Shown piece by piece: positions 13,959 through 26,082 of a DNA stretch of 64,000 bases. The position numbers and the translations under genes are program-made. Within the stretch, counting starts at the first letter, position 1, and each line of letters starts with the position of its first letter. The stretch covers positions 124,001 through 188,000 of the forward strand of contig JAPEUD010000036.1 of NCBI GenBank assembly GCA_026026165.1, in the 5' to 3' direction. This stretch comes from Sarea resinae. Taxonomy: Eukaryota. The notes under the pieces are model-generated. The model worked only from the letters and a program-made list of their open reading frames with translations, was not told where the DNA came from and searched no databases.

Positions 13959-14003
13959 GGGGACCGACCGACCGTTCAGGGACCGACCGACTGTTCAGGG
14001 ACC
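13959..14003. repeat. 19-bp tandem repeat GGGACCGACCGACYGTTCA x2+, with degenerate copies back to about 13900
   Basis: Read directly from the sequence. Confidence 0.75.
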
Positions 14004-14169
14004 AGCATTTTTGTTCGTTCGACAGGTCTCGGTAGTTGTTCTTGGGGCGGAGGGGCAGGCGGACGGGATGGCGGCCTCGCTGGTTTGGTTGGAGGGTTCG
14101 CTGGGTTGTGTTGTGTAAAGTTGAGGGGTTCTTGTTCTTGTTCTTCCTTCAATACTCGTACCGTTCATA

Positions 14170-14960
14170 GAACAACTGTCCCTTTACTAGGCTACCTACT
14201 CTAATGCTTGCTTGCTTGCTTCCTATCCACTACAACAGAGTAGCAATAATTACTCTGCGGTAAGACACCTACTAACCTACTGTATCTTGAACCCCCCCCC
14301 CCCCACAAAAAAAACAGAGGGTAGAACAGGGCAGTGATACTACGCAGTACCTACCTAAGGTTTATAATATATTTTAATTAGCATCAATTTTGCCCTACCT
14401 TAAGGTACCTACCTAGGTACTTACTATACCTAAGCTACTCTACCTACCTAGAGTAACCGAACTCTCTAAGCTACTTTACTATCTTACTACTAACCTACTA
14501 TAGTATTTAAAAGCAACTCTAAGATTATTATTATACTTCTACTTATAGCTTCTTACTATACTTACTTACTTACTATATAGAGTACCTAGTAAGACAAGGT
14601 AGTAAGGTATTTTACTCTATAGAATCTACCTATTATAAGATAGATATACCTGTCCTCTAGCTGTGTATACAGTATACAGTATATAAGTACCTTAGGTAGT
14701 ATCTGTCTCCTTTTCTACACTTTCTACACTTTCTACTGTTTACACTTTACACTTTAGAGTAGGTAGGTTTAGACTAGGTAGGTAGGTAGGTAGGTAGGCT
14801 TCTACACTTTACATACACTTGTGTAGGCTTCTCTACCTTGCCTACTAACCTACTAATACTTTAGATTGCGTGTCTCTATAGTCGTGTTTACCCTTACCCT
14901 TACACTTATCCTTACACTCATACTTATACTTACACTTATACTCATGCTCTTCTTCAATCG
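14170..14960. repeat. AT-rich, TpA-rich degenerate repeat island; probable RIP-mutated relic
   Basis: Abrupt drop in GC, dense TA/TAG/CTA, few CA/TG dinucleotides between about 14400 and 14650, stops in all frames, and (TAGG)n and (CTTACA)n-like arrays. Confidence 0.7.
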
Positions 14961-15029
14961 CATACCTCATGATCCCCCCCTTTTCCGTTCCCCCTTCTCC
15001 GCTCTCCTTTCCTGTCCTGGCTTTCCTCG

Positions 15030-15031
15030 CC

Positions 15032-15066
<35 letters not shown>

Positions 15067-15084
15067 GCTCGCTCGCTCGCTCGC
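15030..15084. repeat. (CT)n followed by (CTCG)n microsatellite
   Basis: Read directly from the sequence. Confidence 0.85.
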
Positions 15085-15868
15085 CACTGAATAAGTCGAT
15101 CCATTACTCGGGCAGTCTTGCTCAGCTCACGAGCCCGATCAGCCTGATCGGCGCCGCCTGTAACTCGCTACTCTTCTAAGGTACTTACAAGCTCTAATGA
15201 TACCCCATTGATAGATGGCCCAGCAATTTGATCTTCATTGATATTGATTGATATTGATTGATATTCATTCATTCCATCTACCAACCTAGCTAGCTAGCTA
15301 GTTACCCCAGTCAGGTATCTCTCGTTCTCCTTCACCCCCCCCCCCTTCTATCTCCCTGTCTCGCTCTCTGCAATTACGTACGAAACCTACTTGCGTACGT
15401 ACATACACGCGTTATTTCAAACCCCCGATACAAAACCGCCAAGGAACAAAACAATGAGATGATTCCAGAAAACAAATTAGCACACGCCACCCCCGGGGCC
15501 CCCAACCCAATCCAGCCAAAGTGCTCGACACCTTTTCCCGGATCAACCGGCCGAAGATTGGGCCCGGCCTGTAGGAACCAACAAACAAACGAACGAACAA
15601 ACGAATAAACGCCTCGCTAAAATGCACGCCCAAATCATGAATCCCATCGTCGTAGTCGTAGTAGAAAACCCTCAATAACATTCCATCATCGAAAACCGTT
15701 AGACTCGTCGAGGGATATCAGCGCTTTCTTTCCCGGGAAAGCCTATATCATGCCCAGATCAGGCTCGTGTCCTTTGGTCGTATCCCCCAAGTCGTAATCC
15801 CAGCTCCATCGTATCATGAATGCAGCCCAAACGTATCCCGGCGTAACTCTATCTCGGCCCATCCCATC

Positions 15869-17643
15869 TTAGGCGGGAGTGGTAGCGCCGTCGATCTCTT
15901 CCACGGTGATGTGAATGGCCTCCTGTTTGGAGTCTTCGCTGGTCGGGACGAGACAAGGGGCAATCGACTTGACCGTGACCCTGTTGTCGTGCTTTTCCCT
16001 CTCCACGAAGAAGACTTGCGCCGTGCCGATGAGAGCGGCAATTCCACTTGCCCACCATGCGATGCCGGTAAATCCGACTCGGATGCCCAACCCATACAAC
16101 CATCCAGCCACTGGAGGGGAGACGGTTCTGCAAGCAGCGCCAGCACTGGCGGCGAGACCGTTAATCTTCCCCAGCACGGATGGCGCCGGAGATGCCTCCT
16201 TGAGCAGAATCAAAATGACGGGGTAGGCGAGGATGGAGAAGAAGTTGCGGATGGTGAGGCAGGTATAGATTCCCGGGTAGAGCCAGTGGTCAGGCAAATA
16301 CGCCAGATAGGGCACGATGAAGTATGCAAGCGGGTGGAAAATGGTGACGAAGACGAACACTTTCCAGACGCCCAACCAGTCGGCGAAGAGAGGAAATACG
16401 ATGGCCTGGATGAACAGAGCGATGACACCATTGACACTCATGATCAGACCCACCGCTTGAGTGCTTAAGCCAAGACCACCAGGAACATCAAAGGAAGAGC
16501 TGGCAAAAGAAGTGACGTCTTTCACTCGTTCGTCCTGCAAGAAGACGGGAAGCAGATGGTCATAGGACATGGAGTGATAGGTGAAGATGCTAAGGGCGAT
16601 GACAAGCGCGACGACGCGCGGAGTAAAGGCTTTGGGCCGGGACTGGGTGGAGTAAGAAGCCGTCCGGGTGGAGCCATCAGAGTTTACCAGCCATCGTTCC
16701 CCTTCATGAACGTCGACAGTGTTAAAGGTGCCGTAAGATTCGGCCCTCAGGTCAGCTGCGGCATTGTTTGTAGCACCAGCCGTTGCAATCAGAGGAGATT
16801 CTGCAGTGGTATTATCAAGGTCTGCGGGGCTACTCCAAGGTTGCATGTCTGGGTGGGTCTCTTCCAAGAGAAAGTAGCCGGCGGCAATGCTGACCAGAAG
16901 CATCGCCGCGCAAATTGTATTAGGTAGGAGGTAGGGAAACTTCGCGAACAGACCATCGGGGGAGAAGATGCGAGGAAGTGTCTCAGAGGGCCTTGCGAAC
17001 GTGCCTCCAATGGCCGGTCCGACAATCGTGCCTATCGACCATACGAATGGCATCACCGCGTATGCTCGAGCTGTCGAGGTCAGTCCTTGATCAAAAAGAC
17101 TCCGCAGGGAAGTCCGACTTACGCTCATGCTCCGGCTTGGAGACCAGTTCTCCGACCATCGTCTGAATGACCCCGATATTGCCATTGAGAGAGCCTCCGA
17201 GTGCCCTGCCTAGCAATGCTATCCATATATTCGACGCAAATCCAACAACCAAAAGAGAGAGTAGTGTACCAGCACATCCCAACAGGAGCACCGGCTTCCG
17301 ACCAATGCGATCAGAGAGGCCTCCCCAAAACATGCCAGTCAAGGCCTCGGCGAGTGCAAACGCGGAGATGAGAAGGCCAGCATAAAACGACGCATTATTC
17401 TTATCGCCCACGTGAAAGTCTATAGTCATGGCATACGCATAAGGAAAGATGGAGGTGAGCGCGATAGGCTCAGCAACCCGACATATTGCTATTCACGAGA
17501 TTCTCGTCAGCGACCATGACCTAGTCAAGCAAGGCAGTGAGGGCAGCGAGGGTGGTGTGTGAGAGGTACTGACCTAACACTGCCAATTGGACAGTGGGAA
17601 ACTTGTTCGGATCTCGAGGGCTTCGTGGCTGTTTCGGCAACAT
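15869..17643 (-). CDS. MFS transporter (YCR023C/ZIFL-like DHA1-type). Exons 17643-17574, 17488-17123, 17070-15869
   Basis: FPTVQLAVLAICRVAEPIALTSIFPY, motif A WGGLSDRIGRKPVLL, GSLNGNIGVIQTMVGEL, GTIVGPAIGG, FPYLLPN, FLLEETH, LGKING; multiple hydrophobic segments. Confidence 0.93.
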
Positions 17644-18796
17644 CTCCAGAGAGGCCGCCTCTTGATCCGCACGAGTCTGATACAGAGGTGGCTAGCCTGC
17701 TAGGAAATCGGCTCCCGTTTGAACAGATGAGCGCTTGTGAGCGTGGAAGAATTCAAGGCTTGACAACTGGTAAAACTTTGTATTTGGCACAGATCCGATG
17801 GGGTTTGGATGGTGGTTGAGAGAGGGTGGGAGGGGAGACAATGTTTTTATGTGCCCGGCCAGGCTGCCGCCGTCGGCCTCCTTCCCCTCTCCCTCCATTT
17901 CGGTCACCCTTCGACTCGCCCACTATCATGGTGCAGTAGTGTCGAGGACCAGCACCCGATGCCAAAGTGAGCCATATTCGTCGGTGCAACACACTGCAGA
18001 TTACAGACGAAGAGTCCGAGCTTTGGCAGCATGCCCTAGTCCCAGCCCTGACCCTCGCAATCCGGCGGTTACCATACCAAAAGAGGATGGACGAGCGAGC
18101 CAAGAATGCGGCGACACAGGGGTTGCCACGAAAGATCACGGATTCGAGGAATGAAAGAGAAGGAATTGGCCTCGCCGTCGACGGTGATTGGGTGGACGAG
18201 CCGTCGAGAGAGCGCGAAGAGTCCTTATCGGACGCACGATCGATGTTGCTAAGGGTTGCTAAGGGTTGCTAAGGCAAGACTTACGGCATGCACCCGAGCC
18301 TATTCCGAACCGACTCGAGCGGCACCGCAGTAACAGCCCTCGCTGGAGCGTACGTAGTAACGGCTTCTCGCTTCAGGCCCTCGCCATCGTCAAAACTTAC
18401 CGAGTCAACAACGTTAGCACGCATTACTCACGACTACTCCGTACTGTGGCCACTGACCACCAGCAACTCGAGCACACAGATCACAGATCACAGATCATCA
18501 ACTTTGGGCGGCCAAGTGGGTCGGATAGAAACCACTGGAATGGATGAGATATCGTCATCGACGGAGACTGCCCTACCCGGGCATGCCCTCTGACGACTAA
18601 GGATTTCATCCATGGACCCCTCTGCCATCATCAAGTATCCTTTTCCGGCAAAAGGCAGAGAGCGTCCAAGTGCTTGAAGTTTCAACCTTCGACTGGTGCC
18701 TGATAAGGTGTTGTGTGCAGCCATGCGGCTGCGAATGGGTTAGGTACGATATTCTGTATGTGCAGGCAAGTGAACGCGAGCGATCTTCGGGATGGG

Positions 18797-18836
18797 CGTC
18801 GAGGATGTCGAGGATGTCGAGGATGTCGAGGATGTC
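18797..18836. repeat. 9-bp tandem repeat (GTCGAGGAT)x4
   Basis: Read directly from the sequence. Confidence 0.8.
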
Positions 18837-20097
18837 CGTTGCGATCGCTTGCTGATAGGCTCTATTGAGTCAAAGAATCGCCTACTCCGGAGGACTACTG
18901 TCGTAGTCTTGCGTAGCGAAGTCGAAGACGGGCAGAATGGAAGGTACCCACGTGAAGGACTACAGAATCGCTCCACATGTCGGATAACAGCCAACCCCTC
19001 CTCCCCTCGAGATAATCAGACGGTACTGCAGTAGTATTCGTAGTAGGTACGGAGTAGTCGTCAGTGCTATGGAATCCTTTTCTGCTTCCGGATGCCTGTC
19101 GCGTGCCGTTGAAGGGAGGGAAAGGAAAGATGGAACCTTCCAGCCCTTGATCCATGACCCCGATACTCGTACAATGCTGTTATCATTGTTTGAAGAGGGC
19201 GGTGTAGGCACTCGAGCGGTGCCTCCATCGACTCCTCCTCCTCGGCCCACTTGCTCTCTACTGCACTTCACCCATGAGCTTCATTCTCCCTCACCATGTC
19301 TACTCGGGAGTCCCATCTCGACCATCTCGTAGCGCTACACACCTCGATATACGAGAGCTAGCAACACGTCTCAGGATCATACCACCTCGACTGCGGCCCT
19401 CTCGAGACATCCGTCGAACCCGATCGTCCTGACGGCTGCTGCTGGTGTTGCCGCAGGTGAGCAGCGATATCCATTCCGATCCTCACCGTGGGCAGAGATC
19501 GTGAGGCATCCTCGCTGCAAGAGAGCTCGGCGCGGCGCGGCGCGGATCAGGCTTTGGGGCGGAAAGCCGACCATGGGACTATCTCGATGGCCATCGACAG
19601 CCGATTCACGGTACTTGTAACAAAGATCAGTGTCCACCTGCTGAGACCCGACTACAGTACCGAAGCACCACCAAAATGGGAATCCGCCCTGGTCCATCAG
19701 CTAATTGTGCCAGACATGCAAGTACGGAGTAAGCAATACTTGCTCAGCCGTCGTAGACACTTTCCCGATCGCTGGAGATTCATCTTTTCAATGCGCAATT
19801 GAGGCGCTCGACCCCGTAGAGAGGTCGTCGACCGAGCCGAAAAATAGATCAAAGTCCGGAGATTGCTCAAGCGCAAGCGAACGCGCGGGGTCCCAGCTGG
19901 CGGAGAGACTGTGGGCCCCTTGCCTTCACTTGCGTGCATACGGTGTGTCACTCCGTGGTTGTCGTTACCATATTCAATATGTGATATTACCATTGAAGAT
20001 CATCGTGCGGGCAGTGTCCGCGTATTGTTGCCGTCCTATTATTGTGGACTCTGTAATCGTACATACCGCGTAGATCAATGCTGGCTGAGCTATCTAA

Positions 20098-21152
20098 TCA
20101 TTCTTTACACATGTCCTCCAGCAGATCCAACATCCGTTTCTGTAATTTTAACAACTCCGCATCGTCGATTCTCTCACCTGCTTGGCCTCCATCACTTTCA
20201 CCGGTCGCCTCGTGCAGTCCACCTCTGACGGGGTCTGCGCCTCCTTTGGATACTAGTGCTGGATCTGTACCGAAGAAAGGCACGCCAACGTTCTTAAGCT
20301 CCAAAGTCATGGCTTTTACCATCTCACGAGATGCAATGTACACCTTCATGTCGTACCTCTTCAGCTCTGCTGCATCATCTTCGGGCGACTGGAACGGTCA
20401 GCGATCTTGATAGAATTTGGTCTTGTCAAGCAGCCTACCGAAACAGCTCCGCTAGACGGGACGTTGCCGCCGACAGAGCGTCTACCAGACCGATCAGCTT
20501 CGTCTCGGTATGCGGTGTTCTTGACCTTACAGCACTTCGTCCAGCTTTTTCTTTCCTTCGACTCTCGCTTCCTGTTTTTGTAAAAGTGCCTGTCGGCCAT
20601 CCCACCTTTCCATATATCAGTGATAAAAGTCACCAAAGTTATAACAGACGATGTCCTACCATTGCCTCTCATGCTGTATCTGAACCTGGATCATCTAGAG
20701 AAGAATGTAATCAGCATAGCGAAGGCTTTCACGACTCCAATGTTTCCAACCTTCCTGATCCGTGCTTGTATGGCCTCACTCCGTGCTACAGTCTTCATAA
20801 CGCATCTCACTCCGGCAGACCAATCGATTATGCTGGAAGCATCAATCGTAGGAGGCTTGTGTATGATGTTGGTAGATTCGATAGGTCTACTACGGAACTC
20901 CTGTGACTCAGAGGTTGAAGGTGTCGGGGTCGAAGTTCCCGGCGGAAATGTTCCATGTTGCTGCAGGTGCTCTGATAGTATGAAATCAGGAGGCTCGTAA
21001 TTATCTTCTCCAACATCCGGATCGGCGACGTCTTCTGTCGCAGCTGTAAGATTGTGACCGCCTGGTTGCTCCAATACATGCGGGGCCGAATGCTGAGCAA
21101 GAACCTGCAGGATAGACGCAAGATTAGGCGTTTGGGAGTCTTGTTGGGCCAT
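20098..21152 (-). CDS. DUF2458-like conserved fungal protein, 281 aa. Exons 21152-20751, 20694-20660, 20605-20531, 20481-20439, 20388-20098
   Basis: Spliced frame: DASSIIDWSAGVRCVMK..IRKMIQVQIQHERQWWDGRQALLQKQEAR..KLDEVLRSVGG..ELKRYDMKVY.A..EM....L...GVPFFG..LQKRMLDLLEDMC. Exon sum 846 nt. Confidence 0.85.
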
Positions 21153-21701
21153 CGCGACCGGAGTAGAGGAATGTGGCAGATCAGTGCGACAAATGAAGTA
21201 GAGTGCACTGGTCACCGGCGCCAAATCCGGGGAAAGCTTTCCCGCCTATGACCGCGTCAAATATATCCTCGACGTCCATGTAAGTGCTCGCTCCCCAAAG
21301 CGCAATCGGCCACGAAAAATGATCGCAACCACGTTCATGCCCGCCTCTTGAACAGACAGAGTGCAAGTGATTCAATACGCATCTTCTTCTTTCGCGCGAG
21401 AGACTGACCCGTGAGCGAATATCAATGCGTGGATCGCTGCACAGAGGTCGGTAGGTACAGTAGTAGGTAGCAATCGACTTCGGTGTCGTCAAAACATTTA
21501 TCCCAGATCAGGCGAGGCAAGGCTACGGCACCCATTCGGGCCTAGCACCAAATTATATCTTTCGAGACTCCGTGCTCCGCAAATCAAATGAAATCCAAAT
21601 ACAACAACCTTGATTGCCGACTTGCCACGATTCCTCCTCCAATATCGAATCTCGTCCATTGCCATCTCACTCCGTCCTCTTCACCACCTACCTTGCCAAT
21701 C

Positions 21702-22684
21702 ATGCCACGATCCGCAGCAGACGCAACACGGTTCACGGCCACGGGCCCGCACGCCAACTCCAAATCCGGCATCTCCTCTTCCACGGCACCTCCATCGAAA
21801 GAGTCGCCTCAAGACAAGGTTGCGCGGTTACGGCGGGCCGCACAGCAGGCGCGGCTGGACAAGGAACCGAGGTTCGAGAGAGTGCTCGCGAGAGGGAGAG
21901 TATGGGCCGATAGAGCGCATCGCATCACGGCATTGTCGCTGATTGGGCTTACGGGTGCGTCTCTGATCCTTTCGGTTGTCATCTCTGATGATCGAACCAA
22001 CTGGCACATCTGCTTCATGCTACATTTGATTTCTATCCGAGGCAATTGATGCTCAGTTACATTTGCAAGTCAAACTAACCATGACTTGACAAAATAGGCG
22101 TGGCTGGTGTCGTCACCGTTTTCGCCCTCGGCGACATGATCGCCCTCAATCGACGAAAACGCCGAGAGTTTTTCGCGGAGGAGGAGAAAAAGCACCAGTT
22201 CTTCCTAGCAGCTGCTCAAGATGCCTTTGCCAAGGGCATAGCCGATGAAGACCAGATCGTATTGCTGAACCGCGAGCGCGCAGCCGCCGAAGCAGAGGCA
22301 GAGAAGAAAAAGGGCATCTTTACCCGGGCGAAGGGCTTCTTGGTCGGTGGGCTGAAGAAAGACGAAGATGAGTCGGTGCCGGCGCAGGAGGATCAGCAGC
22401 AGCAGGGTGGCGAATCGCTGGTCGCGTCGACGGCCAGTGCAATCGGTGGAGACGTGTGGAAGCAAGGCGGGAGCGAAAGCACTGGCGAGACGGGTGATAA
22501 AGTCGGTGTCTTGAAAGCGCTGGATGAGCGAAGGAGGGGCGCTGAACGGCAGTTACAGACGAAGACGCCGCAGGGCGGATATCTTGATCAGCTAGGGGAG
22601 AACGTGGCAACGAAGGCGGCCGAGACGTCGGAGAAGGCATCGTCCTCTTCGCGTAGCTGGACAAGCTGGCTGACGGGACGGTAA
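21702..22684 (+). CDS. COX14: Cytochrome c oxidase assembly Cox14-like protein. Exons 21702-21954, 22098-22684
   Basis: MPRSAADATRFTATGPHA, ESPQDKVARLR, GRVWADRAHRITALSLIGLTGVAGVVTVF (single TM), DMI..NRRKR, G.LDQLG; intron GTGCGT..CTAAC..TAG. Confidence 0.8.
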
Positions 22685-23566
22685 GAGTTTGTATTCTGGC
22701 TGGACATGTATTTGTTGGGTTTCTCACTTAGATCTGTCTCTCTCTCGCTCTTCTGTTTCCTCCCCCTTTCTCTCTGTATATCTCTCTCGCTCGCCCACCT
22801 ACTTACGCGCCTACTCAAAACCTTACCACATACCAACCACCTTGCCTTCCATTCATTTCTCCTCCCCACACTTACCAGGTGTATGATACGATATGTTTTT
22901 TTCATGTTCTGCATGGCGGGCTTGGACCGAATTGGGTGCGCATGGTTCGATTCAACAAGTGCCATAATCCAACCATTCTTTCTACCACGATCCGAGGCGC
23001 ACCACCACCTGCGTCTCGGGCCTCGTTCAATTGTATCTCGCTCACTGACTCGCCGCCTTTCTCACCCTCCATTCATCTGCCCGACTTCCGCGACGCTCGA
23101 AACGCCCTCAAGGTCCCGAGACTCGCCCGCGTGCCCCAATTTTGGCGATGGCGTAAGCGGATCAGGCTTCTTGGCCCTTGTCTGCGTCTCCAACCCGCAT
23201 GTTTACCGGCCCTCTCCGTCTGTATATGTTTGGAAATTCTACGGTCACCGAGAATGGAGGAAGATGGGGAATGATTAACGGTAGTGAAGAGTATCTAACA
23301 TATCAGGACGGAGAGCAAAGCTTTCGACTCGCGAAGGCAAGCGAACCCAGACGAAGACGGCAAAAGAATGTCGATTTGCTAGGCGCGTAAGGCATATACG
23401 TAACCACCAAAGTCTGGATTGATTGGTTGATTGATTCTTTGATTGATTGATCGATCGAATGAATTGACTACGGAATCCTGGACTGACAACAGATGGAAAG
23501 GAGGAAAAAGGTTCTTGGTATTCCCGTATTCGTTGGCGGCCCTTTCTTTCTCATTCTCTCGTGTCT

Positions 23567-23603
23567 TCGTTTCGTTTCGTTTCGTTTCGTTTCGTTTCGT
23601 TTT
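23567..23603. repeat. (TTTCG)n pentanucleotide microsatellite
   Basis: Read directly from the sequence. Confidence 0.85.
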
Positions 23604-23739
23604 CCTGGTCCCTTTCCTTTCGTCGCTATATACAGACCCGACCTTATACAGATATCGCAAACACGTCTTTTCCCTCCCCTCTCTCTTCCGTCCCGGCCCC
23701 CCAAACCCCCGATTACTCCCCGGATTACTCCCCCTCCCC

Positions 23740-23962
23740 CTATGTATACCTGACCCCGCTTCTCTTGGACCGGCTCGAGGCCGCCGTGGGAGCAACGACC
23801 CTCTTCGTCCTCGGCTTCCGGACGCCCTGAGGACGAGCCGGACTCGCCGCCGCCGCTGCCGCTGCCGCTGGGCGCCGAGGAGCCGCTCGACCTCCCTTCC
23901 GGCCCCCTCGACGCCGTGGCTGTGGTTGCGGTTGCGGTTCTGGTTGTGGTGATGGCTGCGGA

Positions 23963-24001
<39 letters not shown>

Positions 24002-25674
24002 GCAGCGAGATCCGCGGCCGCCGTCGCGTTGACCTGCACGAGCAGCGCGACTCGGGCCTGCAGGCCGTCGCGCTCGGCGGCGAGCCGGTCGCGCTCGGCG
24101 GCGAGCCGGTCGCGCTCGCCGCGCAGCCGGTTATGCCGCCCGAAGAGCTCGGTCCACCGCTCCGTCTCGAGCCGGAACATCTCGAGCTGCCAATCGGCGC
24201 GGCGGGTCAGGTCGGCGATCTGCGTCGCTTGGCCCGCGAGCTGGGTGGTTTGCTCGCGGGCCCGGCGGCGCAGCGCGAAGTTGGCCGTCGCGAGCCCGTC
24301 GCGCCATTCTTCCAGCCGGGCCTGCTGGGCGGCGAGGCCGTCGCGCTCGGGGACCACTGTGCGGGTTCGGGGAGGGTTAGCCGTCTTGGTTTCGTATGTA
24401 TGAATGAACGAATGGATGAATGAATATCAAGGGCGTGTCAGGCGCGGAGAGAGACAAGAGAAGAAGGTAGGTGCGGGATGAGTGAGTAAGGAAAAAGCAG
24501 ACGAAGCACGAAAACCGAAACGAAGGGAGAAAGAGACGCAAAGGACTTACCCTCGGCCAAGGTGCGCTCCAGCGCGGCGCGCTCGGTCTCCGTGTCAGCC
24601 AGCTGACGGCGGAGACCGGCGGCCGTGGCGACCGCGTCGGCCATGGCCACGGGCATCTGCCCGACCTCGTGGCAGATGTGCGTCTCGTTGTGGTGGTCGA
24701 TGAATTGCCGGTGCTCGAAGAGGGCCCGGTTGGGAGCGACGTCCTCCCGCGCTGTTGAGGGATGGAAGAGATTAGCATGGTCTCCGTGAGATGATGATCG
24801 GGAAAGGAGCGAGATGGGTTCTTTTTGTGCTCTTCGAGGGAAGGAGGCTCGGTAGGGAAAGGGGATATGGGACATTGCGTGGAGCTGGATGAGGGAAAAA
24901 GGGGCGTTGTTCTGTCGGCGGGGGATTTGCTGGGAAGAGAAGAGAGAGGGAAGTAGTGTACAGATGGAATAGATCGAGATGAAAAGAGATAAGTCTCTAT
25001 GAGATGGGGGAGAGAGAGCGTTAATCAAGAGAGAACACAATGCGGAGCCAACATGGAAACCGAAAAGACTGAAGAAGGACACCAAAGAAGGGAAACGAAG
25101 GAATGGAAAACCAGAAACAAGCTGAACACACTCTTGCAAGAGAAAGAAGAAGCACAAATCAACTCACCAAGGTCCAGCCTGCGCCTCAGTTCCCTGATCT
25201 CGGCGTCCCGCGCCGAGACCATCATCTCGTTCCCGACGAGATCTCCCTGGGCCTGCCAGGCACTGTCGTCTGCCAGGCAAACCCGCTCCTCTGCGTCTGC
25301 CACTGTCCATCAAACGAGATCAAACCAGTCAGCGTTGGTCCGAATGATGTGCGGAGCGGAACGAAAGGCAGGTGAACAAGGAAGCCAGCAAAGACGAAAT
25401 CGGAAAAGCAAAAGGCGAACAACTTACACGCAGCTCTCAACTCCCGCACCTCCGCCAGCGGAGGAGCGAGATCCCCCTGTACACCCCACCACTGCCTCGC
25501 CGTCAGCCTGCCAGCAGGTCCGACGGAAGAGACAGCGGTCCGGGAGGTAGCGGGACTAGCCCGCATGCCCTCCCACTCCCCATCCGCCATCTCGGCGTCG
25601 TCGTCGAACTCCTCACGCCACTGAGGAAAGGCTTCAACCGGACCAGCCGGGCCAGCAACAGGGGAAACAGACAT
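23740..25674 (-). CDS. Orphan coiled-coil protein, 399 aa. Exons 25674-25428, 25302-25168, 24751-24551, 24356-23740
   Basis: Three strong donors (GTAAGT, GTGAGT, GTAAGT), each paired with a GCTRAY branch site and a CAG acceptor. Exons 247+135+201+617 = 1200 nt, open to TAG. GC-rich exons alternate with pyrimidine-rich introns. Heptad ERDRLAA repeats, poly-Ala and a basic tail. No family recognised. Confidence 0.72.
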
Positions 25675-26075
25675 GGTTTCGGTGAACCAGCACCTTCGGA
25701 CCACGGAAAAGCGAGGGGAGGAAAAGAAGATTGCAAGAAAGGGCAGGAAAGAGACCAGCGGACGAAACGTGACCAGCACGTCGAGCGGAAGGTACGGTAA
25801 AGAATGGAAAAAGGAAGGGAGATGCGGTGGCGTCAACGCAACGGAAGAGGTGATCAGCACCCGAGAAGAATTGTGACCGGCACAACAAGGGGGAGAAAGT
25901 GGGACGAAGAAGAGCAACGACAGCAAGAGGTGACCAGCACCTGTGATGAACGTTAGAAGAAAGTTATGTCGAGATGAGGAACGTTGTTGGTATGGGGAAG
26001 AGTGTGGGCAAATGCGTTCTAACTGACTAGGAAAGAAGAAAAAGATGAGAAAGAGGAGGACTGGGTCCGGCTGGT

Positions 26076-26082
26076 TTTTATA
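26076..26082 (-). promoter_or_regulatory. Candidate TATA box (TATAAAA) for the orphan gene
   Basis: TATAAAA on the minus strand, followed by a CT-rich tract and a candidate 5'UTR intron (GTCAGT at about 26027 .. CTAAC .. CAG at about 25942). Confidence 0.45.

Noticed and set aside
9260..17643. Monooxygenase plus MFS transporter as a secondary-metabolite cluster
   Set aside because: There is no backbone enzyme or cluster regulator, the genes are 4.8 kb apart, and the MFS belongs to a widely conserved family.
21980..22045. Possible intronic C/D snoRNA (TGATGA..CCGA)
   Set aside because: No canonical D box, no convincing terminal stem and no recognisable rRNA-complementary guide.
22706..23795. 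Overlapping ORFs between the COX14-like gene and the orphan gene as a transposase remnant
   Set aside because: No DDE, reverse-transcriptase or recombinase motifs; the ORFs are largely driven by simple repeats.
24764..24800. AGATTAGCATGG resembles the U6 snRNA core
   Set aside because: The ACAGAGA box and the rest of U6 are missing. The match is the reverse complement of the orphan gene's intron branch site (CATGCTAATCT).
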